A DNA stretch of 64,000 nt, taken from positions 141,112,001 to 141,176,000 of the forward strand of contig NC_042999.1 of the NCBI RefSeq assembly GCF_006345805.1, written 5' to 3'. The notes beneath the pieces were generated by a model. The model was not told the DNA's origin and did not search any database. It saw nothing but the letters and a program-made list of their open reading frames with translations. The stretch comes from Octopus sinensis (Eukaryota). Of this stretch, positions 25,927 to 38,143 are shown in pieces. A program made the position numbers and the translations under genes. Numbering within the stretch: position 1 is the stretch's first letter; each line of letters begins with the position of its first letter.

Positions 25927-27330
25927 TGTCTGTATTTTCCTTTAAAGTTGTTGGCTGTCCTCTCCAGGTAATGTTTTGTGATGTCATTGGATGGTATGAG
26001 GGTGGCTCTGTAGATGACAGCCTTTGATAGGCAGATTCTTTTAGTAGATTTTGGGAGTTACAAGTTGAAGTGTAGAGGAGATACTATATGAAGTGTAGAG
26101 GGGACTATGTCTGTGTCTGTTGTACCATGTACTATTAGAAGCAATATCCTGGCATATATTGTATGTTGTGTCATATTTGACTGATACAATGTGTAGGGGT
26201 GAGGGTAACTGCAGAAACTAAACAAGGTTGGAAGCACACAGTTATAAGCACAGGCATGGCTGAATGGTTGAGATGTTTGCTTCACAACTGTATAGTTTTA
26301 GGCAATCCTACTGTGCAGTACCTTGGGCAAGTGTCTTCTATAGTGCCAGGTTGACCAAGGCCTTATGAGTGGATTTGGAGTGTAGAAACTGGAAGAAGCT
26401 TGTCATAAATATATGTGTGTGTGTGTTTACATTTGTACTTCTCTGAAAATTGTTGAGCTACAAGCAGTGAGATTGTGATCATTACCCCTTTTTTTTTTGT
26501 TTTAGCAAGAAATCCTTACTTTCCTATTTCAGTAGATCTTTAGAAATTAAAATGCTATTTAAATTCTATAAAATTTTATTATTCACCCTACAGCTTTCTA
26601 TACAACTCATATTGGGTTCTATTTAGATTTTGGTATCTTTGATTTTTGAGTCAAGAGATTTTCATCCCCCCCTCTCTTTATACACACACACACACACACA
26701 GAGGCATTGTTCCAAAACCATCATCAAAATCCTGATGAACGATGGTTGTATGATTAGTGCTGATGAATTTAAGAAAGACAGTGATGGTGGGTTAGTATGT
26801 GTGGTGCATCTATCCTTTTCCCAATGCTTGCACAAATTGTAAACAATAGCTGATGATGATTATGATTGTCCATTTATTGGTTTTAGTCATTGGACTGTTG
26901 TTCTACAGCTGAGTCACCTACAAAGGTTTTACTCAATCTTATCAATTCCATTATATTCATCTGGTACTTATTTTGTTGTCGTCTGCTTAATAAATTGTTC
27001 AGTTTTACATTTTTAATGGGAAGGGGTGTAATTCAATCCACCAGTAATTCAATTCCACCAAATGATGTCAATGGTCATCTTCGAACCCGAAGGACGAACA
27101 TTATTGTTATAACAAATGAACAAAGACTTTTCTACTCTAGGCACAAGGCCCGAAATTTTGGGGGAGGGGGCCAGTTGATTAGATCAACCCCAGTACGTAA
27201 CTGGTACTTAATTTATTGACCCCGGAAGGATGAAAGGCACTGAAACAAACAATATATATGGGAGTGCAGGTGTGTGTGAATGTGTATGTATGTGTAATAT
27301 ATATACAGATATACATGTGGGAATATATAT

Positions 27331-27678
27331 ATTTGACTGTGGCCATGCTGGCCTGTAGTCGAGCAAATCGACCCCAGGACTTAGTCTTTGTATTAGTATT
27401 TATTCTATCAGTCTCTTTTGCTGAACCACTAAGTCACAGTGGCGTAAACACACCACCATAAGTTGTCAAGTGATCTTGTGGGGACAAACACACACATGCA
27501 TTTATATATACATATACGACAGGCTTCTTTCAGTTTCTGTCTAACAAATCCACTCACAAGACTTTGGTTGGCCTGAGGCTATAGTAGAAGACACTTGCCC
27601 AAGTGCCACGCAGTGGGACTGAACCTGGAACCATGTGGTTCGTAAGGAAGCTACTTACCACACAGCCACTCCTTCGCC

Positions 27679-27679
<1 letters not shown>
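27331..27679 (-). mobile_element. tRNA-derived SINE family B, CpG-retaining (younger) copy
   Basis: Reverse complement: ggcgaaggagtggctgtgtggtaagtagcttcc...ggttcagtcccactgcgtggcacttgggcaagtgtcttc... Confidence 0.85.
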
Positions 27680-27736
<57 letters not shown>

Positions 27737-28312
27737 TATATATTATATGTATATATTGCGTCTGTCTCTGAATATTTGATAATGTGGACATAATTTTTAG
27801 TAATGTGAAGCTGAATATTATTAAATACATATAGCTCGAACTAAATGTGTTGGAGGTTACTTTCATTTGTTCATTCACTTGTATGTATGTATAACCAGTT
27901 TATATAACTACCTGAATATGACTACATTTGTCAGATAATTTGCAGGATACAGCTGTTGGCAACATGTGTTCACAAAGTTTCCGACTCAGTGACTTAGAAA
28001 GAGCAGATAGGTAAAATAATACATAGAGACTTGATATTAGGATCAATGGCCACTCCCCTGCTTGCCTATATACCTGTTGCCAGTTAAGTGTATTTCCCTT
28101 CAATTATTGATTTCTGACAGACACAAGGCTATAGATTTCTGGGAAAAAGGAAAAGAGATTATGTGATGTTCATACCTTTTCTGGGGACTAGGATTAATAT
28201 GTATATGTGAGTGTGAGTGTGCAATATGTATGTTATACACACACACACACACACGTGCTAATAACCAATAGAGAAAATGACTGTTCAACCACTGCATTAA
28301 TGGATAAATATT

Positions 28313-28432
28313 CTTTATTTGTGGGTAACCAATAATATTCTCATCCAAAGTACTAACATTCCCATGTGGTACAATTGTAAAGATCTCTCTCTAGGTAAAA
28401 CCATTGGTAGTCTCGTTAACCCACAAATAAAG
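28313..28432. mobile_element. 120-bp MITE with ~17-bp TIRs
   Basis: CTTTATTTGTGGGTAAC ... GTTAACCCACAAATAAAG in an AT/TA context (Tc1/mariner-like, inferred). Confidence 0.6.
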
Positions 28433-30846
28433 TATATATCTGATTGTGTGTGTATGTATATCTTAAGAATACATTAATGTCATAGGGATGGAAAAAGACA
28501 ATATATGAATTGAAATCAGATTAAGAACTTGGCTCCCTAGATGCTTGTCTCAGATCTGCAGCACAGAGATATCATTATTATTAAAATTGTTATTTCAAAT
28601 TGACTGAAGGTGACTGAGTGGGAGACAAGATGACTTGTGGATTTAGTTACATACCTTTATGTTCTGATTTCAAGTTCTGCCAGAATCAGATTTGCCTTTC
28701 ATCCATCTAGTGTCGATAAAATAAGATACCAGTCAAGTACTGGTCAATTTATATGGCTCTTTCTTCTCCCAAAATGAGTGACTTTATACTTACACATGAA
28801 CTTATTGTTATTATTAATGATATGATGAGATATCACTTGAATCCAGTAAAAATGCCAACTGGTATTTTATCAACCCCAATAAAATGACTTTAGTAACATT
28901 TTTTACTTTAAGGATGGAGGAAAAAAAAAAATATATTGTGTCTAGAACTCCTAAGATCTTTGCTAATTCATTACCTTAATAATCATGATAATGGTTTCAA
29001 ATTTTCACACAGTGATGGGGATCAGTCAATTATATCAACCCCAATGCTCAACTTCTTCTTATTTTTTTGACTCGGAAAGGATGGGACGCAAACTCAACCT
29101 CCACAGAATTTGAACTCGGAATGTGAAGACTGTTGAAATACCCCTAAGCATTTTGTCTGGCATGTTAATGATTCAGCCAGCTTGCCACCTTAGACAACAA
29201 CAATAATGATAATATCTTTTATTTGCCACCAGAACAAAGGATGAGGGGGATAGTACAATGACAGACATAAAGTGTGGGGATTTACATATAATGAAATGAT
29301 AAAAAAAAAAAAATGAAAGTATAACACAATATACAATGAAACAAAGAAGGGAAGTATAATAATTTTTAATAGTCACAAATTGTTAAGGAAGAGTGTAAAG
29401 TTAATTGATTCTAAAAGATAATGAAGTCAATGGATTGGATTTGACCCCAGTGCTTAACTAGTATTTTATTTTATTAGACCAAAGAGGATGACAGGCAAAG
29501 TTGACCCTGGCAAAATTTGAACCTAGCATACATCTGTTATAAACTACATGTTTTATAATAATAGCTTATCAGGTACAAAGTTACACATATAGTGAGACGG
29601 AGTAGAATTGATTATATTGATGTCAGTATATAAATGAAGGGTGAAAATGGAAATAGGTCCTATGAAAAAATGTTAATTCCAAATACAAAATAGTAAGGCT
29701 AATTATTTTCATGCATTTAATGCAGCATTATATTGTTGTTTCAGAACTCTAATGATGATTTCTTACCAAAAAAAAAAAAGCACCAGACTAGAAATTTGAA
29801 AACGAAATAAACTTTGGTACATATTTTATGGATTTTCATGGAATGAAAGAAAATTTAACTCCAGAAGGATTCAAATTTAGAATTTAAAAGAACACATCTA
29901 AATACAAGAATAGGCACATCATACTTTTTATGCTGCATTTTCTCAATACAGTAATACAATCTTCATAATGCATAAAAAGTAACAATAGAAATAGCATTAT
30001 GAAAATCAACAAAAATGAAAATTACAACTCATGTCCTAGCAACAGTCCATCGACCCTTCTGCTATATAACAATGTGGTAACACCTGTTGAATACAGGCAT
30101 ATACCTAGTGTTACTATGAAAGCTCATGAGCATGCGTAAAAAGTTATGATAGTAACATTTATAGAGAAAGAAATAAGATTATGTGACAATCATGCTTTTT
30201 TAATCTCATTATTGAAATTATATGAAATATCTTTAACTGAAAATCAAAACTAGGTCATTAGCTTGCAATTTTTTTCATTTGCTGAATAACACATGCCCTA
30301 ATTTCCAAGTACTTTTGAAATTATTCCATTGTGTTCTTTATTTTTATTTGGTGTGTTTGCTTTAATTAATAATCCAAGGAAAAGTTTACTTCTTATTTTG
30401 AGGAGTGCGTACAGTAGGGACTATTTTAAGGCTTTATCATCATAATGCTATAATCTGAAACCTTAGTCACTTTCTCATAATTGATTCCCTGATTCTTAAG
30501 ATGTGTCCTATTGCTTGTGTGAAAACTCATAACCTTTTACAAGTATCACTGGTATATGTTACCATTTACAAATATAAACTAATTACTATGGACTATTAAC
30601 AAGTGCAAGTTATTGTTGTAAAATGGTTATACTGCTAAATATTTTTCCAATAGATCTTTGGTTTCAAACTTTGTGATAGAGGTTGTGTTTCACCTTTTTT
30701 CACAACTTGACCCTTTTTAATAAACCAGAAAATATGTAACAATCTTAGGCAAGTTGACATCTCTTGGCCACAATATTTTCTTCATATATCAGAAGCAAAC
30801 AAACTTTGTTTCTACCCTATCAGCTTAGAGTGCACGAGGTCTAACT

Positions 30847-30945
30847 ATGACAAAGAAAAAATCAAAAGAATATACAAAGGAGCTCTTAGGAAAATTAATA
30901 GACCTTATTACTTGGGATGTGATACAAATGAATCCAAAAGACGAG
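30847..30945 (+). pseudogene. Possible Tc1-like transposase N-terminal remnant
   Basis: MTKKKSKEYTKELLGKLIDL then, after a frameshift, YLGCDTNESKRR. This resembles the Tc1 N-terminal pattern MxKxKELSxDLRxKIVDLHxxGxGYKxISK, but the match is short. Confidence 0.3.
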
Positions 30946-33448
30946 TCTTTGTTGACTAGCTTATTATTGCTAGCTTATTATATAATTCATCTGTCTTTGA
31001 TCAGACACAAATTGTTCATGTAATATTTGTCTTTAGAATAGCATTAGCCATCTCTTGGGACAGAACAATATATAGTTGATCATGCACAAGACATTTTAAA
31101 TTACTTACGCAAAACAAGAACTAATATGTAGCATGACAGTCTATTCTACTATTTCTGTGGTCAATACTTATTTTCAAATTTACAGACAAAATAATGGCAA
31201 TTTTCCTTAGAATGATTCAAATATTTTTGCCTTAATAAAGACTAGTTTATAATTGTTATCTATTGTAGATGTGTATGTGATAATAAATTTTCAATGACCA
31301 ATTTCCACCAAATTTTGTCACTGTAGAAAGATAGCTACAATCTCTATATCAATGTAATTGTTGCAGCTGTATTTTTCTCTTATGAATTTTTAAGTTTAGA
31401 GTCTGCATTATGCATTGACAACAGTCAAAATATTGATTTGATTTATCAGCATCTTTATATAATTTTCAAACATATGTTATTCTACTGTAAACAGCTTTGC
31501 CAACAGCTTTCTCATACTACCAACACCACCACTACCACAATGTTCAATAAAACTGTACTTGAATTTATCTCCTGTCTTTCTTTTGAAGGCGGTCAGTTTT
31601 CCTTTCTATTTCTTGTTTCGTATTTTTTTCTTCCCAAGTCTTTATAATAATGTTTTTAAAGAAGGATTAAGTTATATTTGGTTTGCAATTCAATTGAAGT
31701 TTGCTTTTTAACTGTCTTAAAAACATGGTTAGAGCAAGCTGTGATACAAGAAGCATAATCCTTCCCATAACATAATGTCAATGAGCAACTGTGAAGGTTG
31801 CAATGGAAAAATTCATAAATCTTTTCAAACAGAAAGCAAAAAAGACGATTGATAAATTCTGTGACACAGAAAAGATAATCAGTGTAAAGATCCCTGATGG
31901 ATAGGAAATATTCTGAGAACTTTCTTTTGCCAACATAACAGGCTTAGCTCTTATTCTCCTCTCTTTCTCTCTCGTGTACATGCGCTTATATTATTTTATT
32001 GAAAACTATCTACAGAAGTTAGTTTTGTAGCTATATCATGAAATCAATAAATATATGACAATCAGTATAGCATGTGTCCATTACTATAGTTTACTAAGTG
32101 GAACTAAGAAAATAATTCATGTCAGCATTATGAATAATACTGTTTATCCATGTATCTCCCAGTACCCTTTGTCTGTCCCTTGTACAAAAAATAATTTTCT
32201 TTCAATCTTTCTTTTCATTTATCTATTTATTTTTCTGTGCTATCTACCCAGCAATATATAACACTTGAATTTACTTAGCTCATTGCAGATGATAATTAGG
32301 ATTTAGTTTCTTTATTAATATTAAAGTCATATATAAGAAAGGAAAAAAAAAATCCCTGATAGAACTGACCTCACTGATCTTTGACTTAAATTTTATATAT
32401 ATATATGTGTGTGTGTGTGTGTGAGCGCTGCCAAAGCAACTTTGATTGTATATAATGAAGCGGTGAAGTTACTAAAAGAAAAACTTTTCATGTGCTGTAA
32501 CTATTCAAAGCTGTCATTGAAACACTCTTACCAGCTTAACCAAAAATAGAATACCTGTAACACCATAACTACAATCGTGCATAAGGAATGCACCTAGATG
32601 CCAAATTAGTTATGTTTAGTAAAGGTAGATTTCTGAGACATGCCTTTCACACTTGTTTGCTTTCTATTTATTTAACTCATCTGATAACATGGTGATTTCA
32701 GCTTCAAAGCCTGGAGCTATAATCTGCATGCACCATTTATATTTCTCTATTATTTCTTATTTAGGAGAACTTATAGCAAATATATTGTAACTACATTGTT
32801 GTTTGTTCCCTTTCACTGAAGAATTAATAATATTTCTCCATAATATTGGCTTACAGCTTAGTCCAGGCATTAAGTATTTAGATTAGATACTTAATTGGTA
32901 TTCTCTATTTAGCTCTGCAAGCTTTACAGTGAGTCTAGTTAATAGTGATGACCTACAACTATGCTATATCCATAGCCAAGGAATTTAACTTTCAATAACC
33001 CACTCAAGTAGATAGATGATATAAGTTGTTAAAATTCTTTCTAGCAAGCAGAAGGGGCTCTGAATAATTTGTAAATGTTTTGCTAGCTTACAGTACTGGG
33101 TTCATATTTTCCAAAGTGTTTGCAAAAGACAATGAGAGATAACTTACTTTGTATTCAGTCTTCAATTATTATGGAAAAAATGTCTTAAGAATCCAAGGGT
33201 TTGGGGAATTCACTTATATGTTTCAAAAATAATTAACTGAAGCTTTTCACTAGATATGTATAGTTTCCTTCCCAGCAGATAATCCTAAAATAGATTCTTA
33301 TATAGGTTTTGGCCAGAGCTGGCCCAGGACAATCATTTGTATTAACTTTAACAATTAATTGCATTTGCTTCAATTTTCTTTTCCACTTTCATATCACAAT
33401 ATCATCATACACTTTTTTGACCATTCTCTTTCTCTCTGTCCCTCAATA

Positions 33449-33831
33449 TCTCTCTCTATATAAACGGCAGTTTGTCTGTGCGTGTTTCTGTGTGTCTGTT
33501 TGCTTGTACCCTCACCCTGACCACGGCTTTCAACCGATTCTGATGAAACTTGACACACACATAGCCCAATGTCATAATTCAAAACTAACGCAGCGAAAAT
33601 TTTGAAAAGTTCCCCCAGTTCTGAAAAAAATCGATAAATTCGACATGGGGTCGAGAATCAGAAACACAAACCGCAAACTGTCTAGGGGACGCAACTCCAC
33701 CTTTTTTTACTCTCAAAAAAATTTACCATAATTTTTTTCCATTTTTTTGCTATTTTTTGGCTATAACTCTCTAAAAATGCTTTATAGTTATTTCCCTTAC
33801 AAACCTGAGCAACGCCGGGCGATACTGCTAG
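33449..33831 (+). mobile_element. Non-autonomous Helitron-like element, complete
   Basis: Inserted between A (33448) and T (33832). The 5' end is TCTCTCTCTATATAAA and the 3' end is CCTGAGCAACGCCGGG (hairpin) ...CTAG. There is no TSD and it is CpG-rich relative to its flanks. Confidence 0.8.
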
Positions 33832-33867
33832 TGTATACATACATCTGTGTGTGTATTTGTGGATGAG

Positions 33868-33901
<34 letters not shown>

Positions 33902-34147
33902 GCAGAGAGAGACAGAGAGAGACTGGCAGATTCAGTTGATAGTTAGATATTATCTGTCTATAATACTATCTGCTGAATTTGTCAGTTCACATCCTTCAAC
34001 AGAAATGTATAAAGATGACATTTAGTAACCCTACTTTACAGCATTTACTTATTCACTTTGCTTACTCAGAGTAGCCATGTTTATTTTTGTTTACAGGGAG
34101 CCATGCATACATGTATGTACATACACACATCTTCATGGATATAATCA

Positions 34148-34759
34148 ATATGTTGTAATGTTACTTAAGAGTTTACTGAAACAGCTGTAAGAGAAATGAA
34201 TGTTTGAAACATCACTGATATTGGGGTTTTTTACCCTTTCAATTGCATTTTATATGTGCATGTACACACACACACACACACACTCACACACACACATTTT
34301 CTTCACTAATTTTTTTCTCCTATCCCACTTCTGGCCATTTCGCTCATATACATTCGTTCATTTATGTTAGACTTTTGCAGTTCATTTTCATTTTCCATAT
34401 TTACTTGCCTATCTTACTGACTTCCTCCTTTACAATCATGTCTGAGTTATCAACAAAATATTTGAAGAACTCAGCAGGATATCACTCCAGTGCATCCTTC
34501 TTCAAATACTCTGTAACATCATATCAGCCTTATTGAGAATTAAATATGCAACATAATGGTGGTAATGAGGAATAAAATATCATACACTATACTGTTTAAA
34601 CAGTTTATTAAAACACCTTAATAGTGTTTAATGAACTGTTTAAACATATTTTTATATATGAATTCTCTAGTGACGTCTCTATACAAAGCATGACCTGGCT
34701 TACTGCCAGTTGGAACCTGTTTGAGATATACCTATATTCTCTAGTATTACAAATGATGT
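34148..34759. repeat. Local inverted segmental duplication, copy 2 (partner 19508-20053)
   Basis: See copy 1. Confidence 0.9.
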
Positions 34760-34831
34760 AATGAACCTTGTAACATTCCCTACAATAAAACAGCAAGATG
34801 TATTCAGCACTTCATTGTTCTTAACTGCATT

Positions 34832-36213
34832 AATATCATTTTTTTCTGTTAGTCCAACAAAGTAACACAGGAAACTACATTAATGTTTTCTTTATATAAT
34901 ATGAATTAAATATAAGATGTCTTCAATCCTTTGAACCATTCACTCTGACTTGTTCACAGTGAAGATGAAAATGTAGAGATGATGACTGTGCATTTTCCTT
35001 GACAACATTATGATAGATTTTAGTCTAATAGTTGAAAGTGAATATTTAAATAAAAGCAAAGATCCCATGCACTTCCTGTAATGTATTTGTAGTGAGCTGT
35101 TGCTATAAGTTGATAAATTAGCTGCAGTCTTGTGTTGTCCACCCTCATTATTCATTATCATATAATGGCAACATCATTGTATGATAATGATGTCACTGTT
35201 CTCTCATTTGTGATAAAACAAAAATAATAGCCTCTTATAAACTCATACTTAAGTTTTATTTCTGTCTGATCTAATTAATATGTCCTTGATAAAATGGCAA
35301 GATGGCAAGTGGATGAACTATTGGGCTATGTGCTCAAAGGTTATGAGTTCAAGTCTCTATACATATGCTTTAGAGTAAAACATTTTACTGTACATTTCTT
35401 CAGTTTATTTAACTGTTACTAACTGGTACAAAATAGATTTGAATTGACCAGCATCCTGTTCAGAGCATGGCTTATCTCTCATCTACTTAACTGTATGAAA
35501 TCAAGGTTGTGCTCTGACCAATAAAAACCTCTCAGAGTTCAGAATTGGATAAGGATAAAGATCCTTCCCTAGTCATTTAGATTCATTGGGCCAGTTTCCC
35601 AGTTTCTGTAGTGCATATATTAACCCTTGAATGGGATGCCAGTCCATCACAGGATTACTCACTTTTTGCCAGCTGAGTGGACTGGAGCAACTTGAAATGA
35701 AGTGTTTTGTTCAAAAACACAACACATCAACTGGTTCAGGAACTGAAACTACAATCTTACGATCATCAGTCCAATACCTTAACCACTGAGCCACATGTCA
35801 GTCAGAATTCAAGAAACATTGGTATTTTATATTACAATTAACCAACAAGAGAAATGATCTTCTTGATATTCCATTAAATACTTGAGGACAAGGTACTAAA
35901 TCTCTCTTCCTGATTCAGTATCCACAAATGCCACAGGTTTACATTGCACTTTCTTAATAAAGTTGAGCTCTTCATAAAGTTTAGATATTCTGCTAAGATA
36001 CTAATATACAGCTGATGAAAATATTTTTCTTAAATAACAGTAATAGGCAACTTTTGATATCATCATCTCTACATTTTCATCTTCACTGTGAACAAGTCAG
36101 GGTGAATGGTTCAAAAGATTGAAGATATCTTATATTTAATTCATATTATATAAAGAAAACATTAATGTAGTTTCCTGTGTTACTTTGTTGGACTAACAGA
36201 AAAAAATTATATT
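34832..36213. repeat. 154-bp near-perfect inverted repeat pair (34832-34985 / 36060-36213)
   Basis: 4 mismatches in 154 bp, with a 1074-bp spacer. Confidence 0.95.
35585..35797 (-). mobile_element. tRNA-derived SINE, V-domain-like variant
   Basis: Reverse complement begins catgtggctcagtggttaagg and contains cctgtgatggactggcatccc, shared with the 12592-12891 element. Confidence 0.7.
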
Positions 36214-36257
36214 CTACTCTGAAGGAATATGCTCTTAACAAAAATGTTGTATACTAT

Positions 36258-38143
36258 CATTATCATCATCATCGTTTAACGTCCATTTTCTATGCTGGCA
36301 TGGGTTGGACGGTTTGACTGAGGACTGGCAAACCAGTAGGCCACATCTACTGCTGGATGCCCTTCCTAATGACAACCACTCCAAGAGTGTAGTGGGTGCT
36401 TTTTACGTGCCACTGGCACAGGAGCCAGTCGGGGCAGGTGGGGCTGACATCAACCACATTCAGATGGTGCTTTTTACATACCACTGGCACAGGGAGCCAG
36501 TCAGGTGGCACTGGCAACGACTCATGCATGAATGGTGCTTATTGCATGCCACTAGCACAAGAGCCAGTCAAGCATTACTGGCATCAGGCACAACTACAAT
36601 TTCCATTTTTGATTGTGATCTGATTTTTGATTTAACTTGACTCAATAGGTCTCCTCAAGCACACCATGTCACTCAAAGATTCAAAAGGTACTTTTTAAAT
36701 GGGCTGGTTATGCGACACTGGTATAGGCTATGGCTGTGATCTCACATTACTTGCCGGGTTTTCTCAATCACAGCATATCTCCAGAGGTCTCGGTCTTTTG
36801 TCATTGCCTCTGTGATGCTCAACATTCAAAGGTCATGCTTCACCACCTCATCCCATGTCTTCCTGGGTCTCCCTCTTCCACAAGTTCCTTCCACTGTTAG
36901 GGAGTGACACTTCTTCTCACAGCTCTCCTCATCCATATGCAGCACAGGACCATACCAGCACAGTCGTCTCTCTTGCACACCACATCTGATGCTTCTTATG
37001 TCCAACACTTCTCTCAGGGCGCTTACACTCTGTTGTGTGTGCACACTGACATTACACATCCAGTGGATCATACCAGCTTCATTTCTTTCAAGCCTACACA
37101 TCTTCAGCAGAGATGGCCCATGTTTCACTGCTGTGTAGCGTGGCAGTTCACACATGTGCATCATACAATTTACCTTTCACTCTACCTTTGTCACCAGTAG
37201 AGGTAAGAGCTTTCTGAACTTTGCCCAGGCTATTCTTATTCTAGTAGCAATGCTCTCTGAGCATCTACCCCACTACAGACTTGGTTAATTGGGTAGTGGA
37301 AGCTATCAACTACTTTTAGTTTCTCCCCCTGGCATGTGATGGACTTTTTTTATGAGCATCTATGGTGTTTATTGCCCATGTGCATCTGACGCACACAAAA
37401 GCTATCATCGTGGTTAACCTTCCTTTGATGTTGCTGCACCTCTTATGCATCCATAGCTTACACTGGGTACATCTTATGGAGTTTCTACCTACACCTTTTC
37501 TATAGATCGAGCAGGGCCATCTACCTGAAGGGGTTTGTGATGTGTTCGCCCTCCTCCTTACTTGGACTTTGGTCTTTGCAACATTGACTCTAAGGTCCTT
37601 TGATTCTAAACCTTGCTTCCACACCTGAAATTTCTTCTCTAGTTCTGGTAGTGATTCTGCTATGAGAGCAAGGTCATCAGCATAGAGGAGCTCCCATGGG
37701 CAACCTGTCTTGAATTCCTCTGTTACTGCCTGGTGGACTATGATGAATAAAAGGAGGCTGAGGGCTGATCCTTGGTGAACCCCTACATCTACACAGAATT
37801 CTTCACTATACTCATTGCCAACCCTTACCTTACTAACAACATCCCTGTACAGGGCCTGTACTGCTCTTATTAACCACTTGTCAATCCCTAGTTTCTGCAT
37901 CACCCACCAGATAAGGGATCAGGGGACCCTGTCAAAGGCTTTTTCCAAGTCAACAAAAGCCAAGTATAGGGATTTATCGTTAGCTAGGTATTTCTCCTGC
38001 AGTTGCCTTACCAGGAATATAGCATCAGTGGTGCTTCTACCTGGCACAAAACCAAACTGCATCTCATCTAAGCAAACTTTCTCACTAATTAGTTGGGCTA
38101 TGACCCTCTCTGTGACCTTCATCACCTGATCTAGCAGTTTTTC
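36258..38143 (-). mobile_element. 5'-truncated RTE-clade LINE (RT, PHD-like finger, C-terminal domain, 3' UTR, (GAT)n tail); frameshifted and internally deleted
   Basis: ORFs 37919..38125 (QFGFVPGRSTTDAIF...FVDLEKAFDRVP), 37316..37903 (GVHQGSALS...LLYADDL) and 36826..37164 (RRLCWYGPV...GRGRPRKTW) lie in the correct order. The 3' UTR ends ...ggacgttaaacgatgatgatg. Confidence 0.95.
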
